Source of the DNA: Clostridiales bacterium
GTDB taxonomy: Bacteria; Bacillota; Clostridia; Saccharofermentanales; Saccharofermentanaceae
Assembly (NCBI GenBank): GCA_017513085.1
Contig: JAFWDK010000024.1
Span: 1 to 64,000, forward strand
Direction of reading: 5' to 3'
DNA length: 64,000 nucleotides
A model generated the notes under the pieces. It did no database searches and had not been told where the DNA came from. It worked only from the letters and a program-made list of their open reading frames with translations. The position numbers were made by a program, and so were the translations under genes. This document shows, piece after piece, positions 31,220 through 42,698 of the stretch; the stretch's first letter is position 1; each line of letters begins with the position of its first letter.

Positions 31220-32683
31220 ATGATACAGTGTGAAAGAGGTCATTTCTTTGATGAGAATCGTTATTCCGGTTGCCCTTATTGCAATCAGATCAATAATCAG
31301 CAAAGGAGTGTGATCCCACCGATTGCTCCGGCAATGGAAATTCCCAAGCCTTCTTGTGGAAAGACAGTTGCTATTGAAGGAATGGATACAACTCCATCTG
31401 TAGGCAAGACCGTTGCCATAGATAACTTTGAAGAGAATACTCCACATATCGGAAAAACAGTTGCCATCACAGAAGATGCAACATATGCTCCACCGGCTGC
31501 TCCGTCATCCGTAGAACAGGTATCTTCGCCTTCGGTTGCAGCAGCTCCTGTTGCACCAGTAGCAGCTGCTGCAGTGGCTGCTCCTTTTTCAGAGCCAACA
31601 CCGTTTACAGCACCGACGTCTTCGGAAAATACAGCTGTTTCCAATGGTTCCCTGTTTAATGACGGGGCTCAGGAACAGCCCGGACCGGCTTCAGAACAAA
31701 CGGATCCGGAGTCCATTATGAGACCTTATCAGGTTACCGGTCTTGGTGTTAAGGAGAATCCTCAGCCGATTCCGGTCAGTGAACCGACTTATGAGCGTCC
31801 GTACGCTGTTTCCGGCCTTGGTGTCAAAGAGAATCCGACTCCGACGTCTGCTGTAGAGGTCGGTGCAACATTCCCGGTTCCGCAACAGGGAGAAGCTCCT
31901 ATGTCTGCTGAAGCCAGTGCTTTTGCTTCTGTGGGATTCCCGGGAGGTCCGAATCCTTTTATGGCTCCCGGCATGATTCCGGGTATGCCTGTAGGCGCAC
32001 CGCCTGCACCTGTCCCGACTACTCCAAATGTTGAAGTTCCTGCGCCAATAATTGAACCTGTTTCTTTGAATGGTGAAAATTCTGCTTCAGTAGTGGAAGA
32101 ACCTTCTCCTGAAGTTTCGGAAGCAGCTTCGGTAATAGAAGAAACTGTTCCGGTAGTGGAAGAAATCGTACATTCTGAACCGGAGACGGTTCCTGCAGTT
32201 GCAGAGACGGTTCCTGTTGAACAGCCTGTCGTTGCTCCGCAGGCCGCGCCTATCGAAACTCCTGTTGCTTCTCCGTTCATTATGCCTGCTCCTGTGGATC
32301 CGCATGCCACGGTGGCAATGACGGAATCGGATATGGATTATCTTCCGAGAGTACATGCCCGCGCGTTCCTCGTTTGTACAGATGGTCCTATGACCGGAGC
32401 ATCTTTTGTATTCCAGGAGAATAAGGCTATTATCGGACGTCAGAAGAATTATGAGATTTCATTGTTCCGCGATCCGTCGGTATCCCGTAGTCCGCATGCC
32501 ATTATCAAGTATGACAAGGATAGTCTAACGTATACCGTTGCTCCGGGTGATGCTGAAAAGAGAGTATCTGTAAATGGAACATTCATTACTTCCGAGCAGT
32601 CTTTAGGTATTTACGATATTTTGGGTATCGGACAATCCAGACTCTTATTTATTCCTGTTTGCAGTGAGAAGTTTGCATGGTAA
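31220..32683 (+). CDS. FHA-domain protein with N-terminal Zn-ribbon-like motif and long Pro/Ala/Glu-rich linker
   Basis: CERGH...CPYC at the N-terminus; IIGR...SVSRSPH...VNG FHA at the C-terminus; AGGAG RBS. Confidence 0.85.
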   Translation: MIQCERGHFFDENRYSGCPYCNQINNQQRSVIPPIAPAMEIPKPSCGKTVAIEGMDTTPSVGKTVAIDNFEENTPHIGKTVAITEDATYAPPAAPSSVEQVSSPSVAAAPVAPVAAAAVAAPFSEPTPFTAPTSSENTAVSNGSLFNDGAQEQPGPASEQTDPESIMRPYQVTGLGVKENPQPIPVSEPTYERPYAVSGLGVKENPTPTSAVEVGATFPVPQQGEAPMSAEASAFASVGFPGGPNPFMAPGMIPGMPVGAPPAPVPTTPNVEVPAPIIEPVSLNGENSASVVEEPSPEVSEAASVIEETVPVVEEIVHSEPETVPAVAETVPVEQPVVAPQAAPIETPVASPFIMPAPVDPHATVAMTESDMDYLPRVHARAFLVCTDGPMTGASFVFQENKAIIGRQKNYEISLFRDPSVSRSPHAIIKYDKDSLTYTVAPGDAEKRVSVNGTFITSEQSLGIYDILGIGQSRLLFIPVCSEKFAW

Positions 32684-33612
32684 GTTTTCTCTTAGCAGTC
32701 AATTCGGAAAAATTGAAGTCATTCCTGAATAAGTGGGGATTTCTTTGTGGTATTGCACTTGCGCTTATCGTGATAGGTGTAATTGTAGCTGTTTGGCTGA
32801 TTTTGAAAAAAAATACGCAAGAAGAGCCATCTTCTGATACAAATCCGAATGGGTCGCTTGGTTCGATGGATAATGGTTTTTTTAGAATTGAAGTCGGAAA
32901 CTGCCAAGGTTTGGGCGAAAGAGATGAGCAACAGGATGCTTTCGGCTTTTCTCCCAATGCCAAATGGAAAGATAAAGGATTCCTGGCTGTGCTTTGTGAT
33001 GGAATGGGCGGTCTTGATTCTGGAGCTGTGATTTCCAACAAACTGGTATCAGATGTAATCAAAGAGTTTCCTTATTCGTTTGAAGAATTGAAGGATGGTT
33101 GGATCATTGATTCTCTTTCTGCAGATATTTATTCGAATTATTACGGTAGAGGTGGTACAACGCTGATCATTACTTTCCTTAAGGGTGATAAGCTTTGGTT
33201 TGCTTCGGTCGGAGACAGTGATCTTCTTCTTTATCGTGAAGGCCGGATCTATGCTATGAATCAACGTCAGGAGTATGGTAATAATTTGCTCATGAAAGTC
33301 GTTGATGATGCACTTTCCATGGAGCAGGTGATAGGTAACAGTGATGCTCCTGCGCTTACTGAATATATGGGCGCACAGCATGCTGAAGCTGATTATTCCA
33401 TCCGCCCTTGGCAAGTTAAAGAAGGAGATGTCTATCTTCTTTGTTCAGATGGTGTTTCGGATACATTGACTTTTGACGAGATCCGTGAGGCAATGTCTCA
33501 TGATGCTTCCGAGTGTGCGGAACTTCTCGAGAAAGGTATAATAGAGAAGAATAAGCGGTTTCAAGATAATTACACGGCTATCGTGTTTTCAATAAAAAGG
33601 GTGGAGGTATAA
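32677..33612 (+). CDS. Membrane-anchored PP2C-family Ser/Thr phosphatase
   Basis: N-terminal TM; R..QQD, CDGMGG, GTT, VGDS, CSDG, DN motifs. Confidence 0.9.
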   Translation: MVSFLLAVNSEKLKSFLNKWGFLCGIALALIVIGVIVAVWLILKKNTQEEPSSDTNPNGSLGSMDNGFFRIEVGNCQGLGERDEQQDAFGFSPNAKWKDKGFLAVLCDGMGGLDSGAVISNKLVSDVIKEFPYSFEELKDGWIIDSLSADIYSNYYGRGGTTLIITFLKGDKLWFASVGDSDLLLYREGRIYAMNQRQEYGNNLLMKVVDDALSMEQVIGNSDAPALTEYMGAQHAEADYSIRPWQVKEGDVYLLCSDGVSDTLTFDEIREAMSHDASECAELLEKGIIEKNKRFQDNYTAIVFSIKRVEV

Positions 33613-33615
33613 AAA

Positions 33616-34944
33616 ATGAAGTGGGTTAAAAGAATTGTTATGATTGTGCTGGCTTTGGGTATTGTTGGTTCAGGTATCCTGGCGTTCCTGTCTTACAATA
33701 ATTGGAAAGATGCAGATAAAGAAGTTACTCGTCTTTCTCTTTTGCAGGATGAGAATGGTGTATCCATTCCTACTACGGAAAATCAGAAATCTGTCGTATT
33801 GGTTGCCTGCATGAATAATCAAGGTTACGGTGGAGAAGGAACCGGATATGCTGTAGGTGAATATGGTGAAGATGTAAAATACATTGTTACCAATGGTCAC
33901 GTAGTTTCTTTTATGGAAGAGGATGATGCCTTTCAGGCTTACGTGTTTTTCGGAAAGAACGACTATCAGATCGCAGAAGTCGTATTTTACCAGTACGACA
34001 AAGATATGGATATGGCTATTCTGAAACTTCCAAAAGCAATCGATGAGCGTATTCCTGTAGCGATCCGTGATTCGGATGATGTAGACGTCGGTGACAAGTG
34101 TGTGGCTATAGGCTTCCCGGATAAGGCAAATAATCTCGATACGAATTTTACTCCTGATATTGCCAGTCAGACGGTTACCGCAGGTGTAATCGGAAAAGTA
34201 AAAGTTAATCCTGCCGGAAAGAATTATAAGTCTTTCCAACATGATGCGTTTATTACACATGGTAATTCCGGTGGACCTCTGTTTGATGAACATGGTTTCT
34301 TGATCGGTATGAATACAGAAGGCCGTGAGGATTCTGAAAACGTTAACTTCTCTATCATGAGTAACGAGATCACAAAAGTCCTGAAAAAGAATAAAATCAA
34401 ATTCATGACAGATGAGGATTATATTGAGGAAGCCGCTGCAGACAAGAAAGCCAGCAAGGGCAAAAAGTCCGAACTCAGTAAGAAAGAAGATGAGGCCCAG
34501 GCAGAAAAGACCAAGTTTTTCGTATTCCTGGGCGTAGGTGCTGCTTGTGCGGTTGCACTGCTCGTTCTTGCAATCCTTGGAAACAAAAAGGTCGTTATGG
34601 TCGGTGAGCAGGATGATGGCAAGAAGTCCTATCTTACCTGCACTAAGGGTATATATGCCGGACAGAAATTCGAATTTACCGATCACACCATGACGATCGG
34701 GCGTGATCGCAATACATGTACTTTCGTTTTCCCGGAAAACACACCGGGTATCAGCTCGAACCACTGTTCCGTATACTTTGATCCAAGAACGAAGAGTTTT
34801 GTGTTGACGGATAATGGCTCAACATATGGCACATATCTGTCTGACGGAAGAAAACTTACCAAAGGAGTTCCGGAACAGTTGACTCCGGGTTCGGTATTCT
34901 CTTTGGCAGATAAAACCAACGAATTCCTTGTAGAAAGAGAGTAA
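33616..34944 (+). CDS. Trypsin-like serine protease with second TM and C-terminal FHA domain
   Basis: TNGHVV (His), DMAILK (Asp), HGNSGGP (Ser); TM FFVFLGVGAACAVALLVLAIL; IGRD...SSNH...GSTYGT FHA. Confidence 0.9.
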   Translation: MKWVKRIVMIVLALGIVGSGILAFLSYNNWKDADKEVTRLSLLQDENGVSIPTTENQKSVVLVACMNNQGYGGEGTGYAVGEYGEDVKYIVTNGHVVSFMEEDDAFQAYVFFGKNDYQIAEVVFYQYDKDMDMAILKLPKAIDERIPVAIRDSDDVDVGDKCVAIGFPDKANNLDTNFTPDIASQTVTAGVIGKVKVNPAGKNYKSFQHDAFITHGNSGGPLFDEHGFLIGMNTEGREDSENVNFSIMSNEITKVLKKNKIKFMTDEDYIEEAAADKKASKGKKSELSKKEDEAQAEKTKFFVFLGVGAACAVALLVLAILGNKKVVMVGEQDDGKKSYLTCTKGIYAGQKFEFTDHTMTIGRDRNTCTFVFPENTPGISSNHCSVYFDPRTKSFVLTDNGSTYGTYLSDGRKLTKGVPEQLTPGSVFSLADKTNEFLVERE

Positions 34945-34945
34945 G

Positions 34946-35653
34946 ATGGATTTTTATTCATATACAAACAAAGGCGGACATGAACCGAATTGTGATTATC
35001 AGCAGGTCATCGAGCATGATAATAAAGTGCTGATGGTGGTCTGTGATGGTTTGAATGGTCTGCCTTCCGGAGATGAAGCGGCAAAGATCATCGGAGATAT
35101 CGCCATTGCGTCCCTGATTGAAGGCCAGGAGCCTTCCCAGGCTTGTGTTACCGCAAATGCGAAGTTTCGCGAGATGCAGTTTGATAATGTCAATCTCCGA
35201 CGTGCAGGCGCTACGATATGCGTAGTCCGTATTGCTGACGGAATCTGCAGCTGGGCGAATGTCGGGGATTCCCACATCTATCACTTTTCGGAGAGTTCTC
35301 TGGTACACCATTCGTGTGACGATACGTTTGCATATCAGATGTTTGTACGTGGAGAGTGTGACTATGAGGCACTTCGAGAGATCGAGAACCGTACCGGGAT
35401 GAATGTTTGTATTGGACAGAAAGATACTGTTGAGCCACATGTTGAAGAATTTCCGATAGCTGATTCGGATGGAATACTTGTATGTTCGGATGGCTTCTGG
35501 GAAAATGTATATGAAACGGAAATGACGATCGATTTCGTGAAATCTTTTAATGCTAAAGATTGGGCGAGAAAGATGCTTCTGCGTGCGATCCAACGTGGAC
35601 AATTTAAGGGTGATAATCTCACTCTGATTACATATATAAAGATGGCAGGTTGA
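34946..35653 (+). CDS. Soluble PP2C-family phosphatase
   Basis: NCD, CDGLNG, NVGDS, CSDGFW, DNLT motifs. Confidence 0.88.
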   Translation: MDFYSYTNKGGHEPNCDYQQVIEHDNKVLMVVCDGLNGLPSGDEAAKIIGDIAIASLIEGQEPSQACVTANAKFREMQFDNVNLRRAGATICVVRIADGICSWANVGDSHIYHFSESSLVHHSCDDTFAYQMFVRGECDYEALREIENRTGMNVCIGQKDTVEPHVEEFPIADSDGILVCSDGFWENVYETEMTIDFVKSFNAKDWARKMLLRAIQRGQFKGDNLTLITYIKMAG

Positions 35654-35657
35654 TAGA

Positions 35658-38081
35658 ATGGATACAAAAAATCTGTGTTTTGGTTGTTTTAATGCGCATA
35701 ACGGACAAGGTCCTTGTCCTCATTGTGGATTTGACCTTGCGACGGTAAAGCATCCTTTTGTTGCTCTTCCTATCGGCACGATCCTGAATGGCAGATACCT
35801 CACCGGACGTGTTCTTGGAGTGGGCGGCTTTGGTGTTACGTATCTTGCATTTGATATGACGTTGGAGATCTGTGTGGCGATCAAGGAATTCCTGCCTTCC
35901 GGAATCGCGCTTCGTGACTCTGACCGTTATACTATGACTGTGACAGCACCGGAAGAACAACCTAAATTTGATTCCGGCGCATCCAAGTTCCTTGAAGAAG
36001 CACGTCTTTTGGCAAAACTGCGAGATGTTCCGAATATTGTTACCGTGCAGGATTATTTCCGTGAAAACAATACCGCGTACTTTGTTATGGAATACGTAGA
36101 AGGTGTAGATCTTATGCGGTATACGCAGATGCGTGGTGGTAAGCTTTCTTACGAAGAGACTCTGCAATTGACTTTGCCGATTATTGATTCGTTGGCTCAT
36201 GTTCATGCGCACAATCTTTTGCACCGTGATATCAGTCCGGACAATATCGTCGTGACAAAAAACGGTAGCACACGTCTCCTTGATTTTGGCGCAGCTCGTC
36301 TGGCTATCGACACGGAGAAAAGTAAATCTATTATTTTAAAACATGGTTTTGCTCCGGAAGAACAGTACAGAAAACACGGAAATCAGGGCCCGTGGTCAGA
36401 TGAATATGCATTAGCTGCCACGATGTATCTGATTATGACCGGTGTGATGCCTCCGGATTCTATCGAGCGTGTGCATGATGACTCCCTGGTACCGCCGATC
36501 CAGCTCGGTGTGCAGATCCCGCAGCATGCAAACGATGCTTTGATGAAAGCACTGGCTGTCAGTGCTTCTGAGCGTTTCCCGGATATGAGTTCTTTTTCCG
36601 AAGCTTTGACAGGAAAGAAAGCGGTTGCTCCGGTCTCTTATGCAACAACAGGAGGAAACTACGGAACAGGTTTCGGAAGCACGGATTTGCCTACGGCGTC
36701 TTCGGCTTTGGAAGGCAATATGGTAGAGGGTAAGACTGTTGCTATGCCACAGGAGACAGAGGCTGTTACTAATCCTGCGCAAGCTGTTGCCCAGGCTCAG
36801 GCAGCTTCGCAACAAATGCCACAGAAAGTGATTTCTCCGTCGATCCTGAATCCGGATCAGAATAATGGACAGATCGCCCCGCCTTCTACTTTTACTCAGA
36901 CGCCAAAGAAGAAGAGTATCTGGAAACGGCCGGTAACTTATATCCTTGCGGCGTGTATCGCGCTGGTGGGTGCGGGTGTTCCTACCGGGATCTATTTGTA
37001 TCAGAATGGATATTTCGGCGAAGCCGAGGAATCTTCTACACGAAGAACGAAGAAAACCACTACGGAAGCTTCGGAAACAGAAGAGACGGTTCCGCCTGAG
37101 TCTTCGGAATATGCAGATCCTGCTGTGCTGGAAGATGATAATAAGAAGATCTATACGGATTCCGTCAGAGGATTCAGTATTTCGGCTCCGAAGAATTACT
37201 CTTTTGAGAATAATGATGGGATCTATGTGCTGACTCGGACTGATTCTCAATGCTTCGTCTATACTGATATGCTTTCTCATTATGGAGATTTGCGAATCAA
37301 GTCTCTTGATGATTTTGTTGCGGTAAGCAATTCTTTTGTTTCGGATTATCTCGATAATAAACTCGGACTTCAGGATTATACGTTAAAGACAGGTGAATAC
37401 CAGTTTGTTTACAGAGCGAGCAACGCGTATAGTGTCGTATGTGACGCCAATGCTTATTCAAATGGAAAACGTGTGGACGTAACTTTTGTAGCGACCGAGT
37501 TGAAAGAGAAAGAAGCGGTCCTCTTGAATTGCGCCGTGATGCCTTTAGATGAAAAGGGCATGTATTCCAGCGATGACTGGACACAACTTCAGGAAATACT
37601 GGATACGTTAATCGAGGATTCGACCAAAACGAGTTCTTATGAAATGTTTGAACATGAAAACAAGCCCAAGTTCCATTTCCTTTATAAGAAGTCGGATGTT
37701 GCGTCGATCAGTACCGAGGAGATAGCTAATTCTGTGCAGTCTACCAACCTTGTGTTTAATGGTACAGATCCTGAGAAAAATGTGATTCGTGTGGTAGCCA
37801 TGGGTAAGCAGGGTTCGATCTCAACTGCATGTAAGACAGCTGAACAAGCAATAGGATTCTCTGTCGGTGGCTATACGGCAGTTACACCGATCGTTCGTAC
37901 GAGTTCGGATATTCGTGTCAGAAACTATGCTGTACAAAAAGACGGTGAGAACCTCAATTGTACAGTCTGTGTCATCAAGATCGGTGGTCAGTACTATTCC
38001 GTTATTGCTGTCAGCGATGATGATTCTCTGGAAAAGATCGCATTGAACTTTACTTTGGTCGTTATGTCATTGTCCACATGA
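35658..38081 (+). CDS. Hanks-type Ser/Thr receptor kinase: Zn ribbon, kinase, TM, extracellular domain
   Basis: CFGC...CPHC; LGVGGFGVTY, VAIKE, HRDISPDN, DFG, APE; TM ILAACIALVGAGVPTGIYL. Confidence 0.93.
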   Translation: MDTKNLCFGCFNAHNGQGPCPHCGFDLATVKHPFVALPIGTILNGRYLTGRVLGVGGFGVTYLAFDMTLEICVAIKEFLPSGIALRDSDRYTMTVTAPEEQPKFDSGASKFLEEARLLAKLRDVPNIVTVQDYFRENNTAYFVMEYVEGVDLMRYTQMRGGKLSYEETLQLTLPIIDSLAHVHAHNLLHRDISPDNIVVTKNGSTRLLDFGAARLAIDTEKSKSIILKHGFAPEEQYRKHGNQGPWSDEYALAATMYLIMTGVMPPDSIERVHDDSLVPPIQLGVQIPQHANDALMKALAVSASERFPDMSSFSEALTGKKAVAPVSYATTGGNYGTGFGSTDLPTASSALEGNMVEGKTVAMPQETEAVTNPAQAVAQAQAASQQMPQKVISPSILNPDQNNGQIAPPSTFTQTPKKKSIWKRPVTYILAACIALVGAGVPTGIYLYQNGYFGEAEESSTRRTKKTTTEASETEETVPPESSEYADPAVLEDDNKKIYTDSVRGFSISAPKNYSFENNDGIYVLTRTDSQCFVYTDMLSHYGDLRIKSLDDFVAVSNSFVSDYLDNKLGLQDYTLKTGEYQFVYRASNAYSVVCDANAYSNGKRVDVTFVATELKEKEAVLLNCAVMPLDEKGMYSSDDWTQLQEILDTLIEDSTKTSSYEMFEHENKPKFHFLYKKSDVASISTEEIANSVQSTNLVFNGTDPEKNVIRVVAMGKQGSISTACKTAEQAIGFSVGGYTAVTPIVRTSSDIRVRNYAVQKDGENLNCTVCVIKIGGQYYSVIAVSDDDSLEKIALNFTLVVMSLST

Positions 38082-40270
<2,189 letters not shown>

Positions 40271-40385
40271 AGCTTCATATTATAATTGTAATTGACGTTC
40301 ATGTATAGTAGGTGGTATCATTTTATGAGGTTTTTACTGCCCAAACGGCGTAATTTCCAATAAATTTTGATAAAGAAATGGAGGC

Positions 40386-41285
40386 ATGTTTATGAAGAAG
40401 CCGGTTTTTGTGGGTTCTGCTGTAGCCCTGGTGACACCTTTTAACGAAGGAGGTGTAGATTCGAAAAAACTTAAGGCTCTGATCGACTTCCATTTGGCAC
40501 ATAAGACAGATGCAATCGTAGCATGCGCGACGACCGGTGAAGCGGCAACTATGCCGGATGAAGAACATCTTGCGACGATCCGTGAAATCGTTGAGTATGT
40601 GGACGGTCGTGTTCCGGTTATTGCCGGTACGGGAAGTAATGATACGGCTCATGGCGTGAAGCTTGCAAAGGAAGCGACGGCTATTGGCGCGGATGCGCTT
40701 TTGGCTGTTACACCATATTATAATAAGGCTTCCCAGGAGGGGATCTACCGCCACTTCAAGGCAACTGCCGAAGCGACGGATCTTCCGATCATTGTTTATA
40801 ATGTACCATCCAGAACGAATCTTAATATTGCTCCGGCAACGTATAAGAGACTTTCGGAAATCGAGAACATTGTCGGCGTCAAGGAATGTAACATGAATCA
40901 GATCCCGGAAACAGTGAATCTTTGTGGAGATGATCTTGTCCTTTATTCCGGCGAAGATGGACTTGTAGTTCCGCTTTTGTCGATGGGTGGTAAGGGTGTC
41001 ATTTCCGTTGCTTCACACATTGTTCCGGAAACTATGCACGATATGGTCATGGCTTTCTTAAATGGTGATGTGGCGACAGCGGCGAAGATGCAGGCTAGCA
41101 TCGTTCCTTTGGTAAAAGCACTTTTCTCGGATGTTAATCCGATTCCTGTCAAGGAAGCTTTGAACATTCTGGGTTGGGATATCGGTTCTTGCCGTATGCC
41201 ATTGTGCGAGATGAGTGAAGAGGGCAGAAAGAAGCTTGCTGATATACTGAAGCAGTATGATCTGTCTTTTCATCCGAATAAGTAA
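40386..41285 (+). CDS. dapA: 4-hydroxy-tetrahydrodipicolinate synthase
   Basis: ALVTPF, TTGE, PYYNK, YNVPSRT, GVKE, NPIPVK. Confidence 0.96.
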   Translation: MFMKKPVFVGSAVALVTPFNEGGVDSKKLKALIDFHLAHKTDAIVACATTGEAATMPDEEHLATIREIVEYVDGRVPVIAGTGSNDTAHGVKLAKEATAIGADALLAVTPYYNKASQEGIYRHFKATAEATDLPIIVYNVPSRTNLNIAPATYKRLSEIENIVGVKECNMNQIPETVNLCGDDLVLYSGEDGLVVPLLSMGGKGVISVASHIVPETMHDMVMAFLNGDVATAAKMQASIVPLVKALFSDVNPIPVKEALNILGWDIGSCRMPLCEMSEEGRKKLADILKQYDLSFHPNK

Positions 41286-41296
41286 GGAGAAGGAAT

Positions 41297-42055
41297 ATGT
41301 CTGAGGTACGAGTATTTTTAAGTGGTTGCATGGGCCGAATGGGTCGTGTGATTACTGAGATGTGCAGTGAGTATGAGGATACTGTTATCGTTGCCGGTTC
41401 TGATGTTGTGGAAAATCCGAATTCTTCCTTCCCGATCTACAAAGATCCGACCGAGTGTAAAGAAGAATTTGATGTGATCATCGATTTTTCCCATGTAAGT
41501 GCTTTTGCCGGAATTACAAAACTGGCGGAAACATCCGGCAAACCGATCGTTATGTGTACGACCGGACTTTCCGAGGAACAGAAAGCAGACCTTAAGAAAC
41601 TCTCTGAAAAGGTTGGCGTCTTTTACTCCGGAAATATGTCGCTGGGCATAAATGTTTTGATCAATTTGGTGAAGAAGGCTGCGGCGCAGCTTTATCCTGA
41701 TTTTGATATTGAATTGGTTGAGGAACATCACAATAAGAAACTTGATGCTCCTTCCGGTACAGCGCTGATGATCGCAGATGCGATGAATGAGGCAGTGGAT
41801 AACCGTTTGGAGTATGTTTATGAACGTCAGTCCAAGCGTCAGAAGCGTGAAAAGAAGGAATTGGGGATCCATTCGATCCGTGGCGGCAATATTGTCGGCG
41901 AACACAAGGTCATGTTTATCGGCGGAGAAGAGATATTGACGATCTCTCACTCTGCACAGACGAGAAACGTGTTTGGGCGAGGCGCTGTTGCTGCGGCAAA
42001 GTATATGCTTGGCAAAGGACCGGGTATGTATGATATGCAAAGTATGCTTGGTTGA
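41297..42055 (+). CDS. dapB: 4-hydroxy-tetrahydrodipicolinate reductase
   Basis: GCMGRMG, IDFS, EEHHNKKLDAPSGTAL. Confidence 0.96.
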   Translation: MSEVRVFLSGCMGRMGRVITEMCSEYEDTVIVAGSDVVENPNSSFPIYKDPTECKEEFDVIIDFSHVSAFAGITKLAETSGKPIVMCTTGLSEEQKADLKKLSEKVGVFYSGNMSLGINVLINLVKKAAAQLYPDFDIELVEEHHNKKLDAPSGTALMIADAMNEAVDNRLEYVYERQSKRQKREKKELGIHSIRGGNIVGEHKVMFIGGEEILTISHSAQTRNVFGRGAVAAAKYMLGKGPGMYDMQSMLG

Positions 42056-42095
42056 TCCCGGGCGACTGAAATAATTAACAATTGGAGGAACAGGA

Positions 42096-42536
42096 ATGAT
42101 TAAGGTATTACTTGATGCGGCAGCTGGAACAGGAGAGGCTACACCACAGGGCCCGAGCACACTGATCATGCTTGCTATTTTCGGTGTTTTCATTATTTTC
42201 TGGTATTTTATCGGAATCCGGCCGCAGAGAAAAAGAGAGAAAGAATTAAAGACGAAGGTCGACAGTATGCGTGTCGGTGACCGCATTATTACGATCGGCG
42301 GTCTTTGCGGACAGGTTGCGAATATTAAAGATGATGAGGTTACGATCATGACCAGCGCAGCGAATACTCTTGTTACTTTCAAGAAGTCTGCGATCAATAA
42401 CGTAATCAGTCGTGATGCTAAGCCGGCAGATGCTGAGCCGGCTAAAGAAGAGAAGAAAGCTTCGAAAGATGAGGCTAAGAAAGAGTCTTCGGAAGTAGAA
42501 ACTGTTTCTGAAGATAGCGGCTCTTCTGAAGAATAA
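42096..42536 (+). CDS. yajC: Preprotein translocase subunit YajC
   Basis: TM followed by IRPQRKR and VGDRIITIGGLCG. Confidence 0.9.
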   Translation: MIKVLLDAAAGTGEATPQGPSTLIMLAIFGVFIIFWYFIGIRPQRKREKELKTKVDSMRVGDRIITIGGLCGQVANIKDDEVTIMTSAANTLVTFKKSAINNVISRDAKPADAEPAKEEKKASKDEAKKESSEVETVSEDSGSSEE

Positions 42537-42567
42537 TCTTTTTTTTGATATCAAATCAGATGATATG

Positions 42568-42606
42568 AGATGGAGTTACCTTTGCTTAAGGGGTAACTCC
42601 ATTTTG
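42568..42606 (+). terminator. Hairpin, probable terminator after yajC
   Basis: atggagttacc...ggtaactccat followed by T-rich sequence. Confidence 0.7.
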
Positions 42607-42698
42607 CTTCATTTCTAAAGTGCTTTTGCGTTGTTCCTATGATAAAATAATAAGGTGTTCTTTTCCTTCAAAACGGAAGGACATGAATTTAAAAAAGG

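Noticed and set aside
33670-34764. 364-aa minus-strand ORF (and similar long antisense ORFs at 36411, 41318, 48990, 59090)
   Set aside because: Shadows of well-supported genes on the opposite strand
32677-38081. Kinase and phosphatases as the housekeeping PrkC/PrpC pair or a secretion-system module
   Set aside because: No PASTA repeats on the kinase, no rsmB/rlmN/rsgA context, and no secretion-system genes nearby
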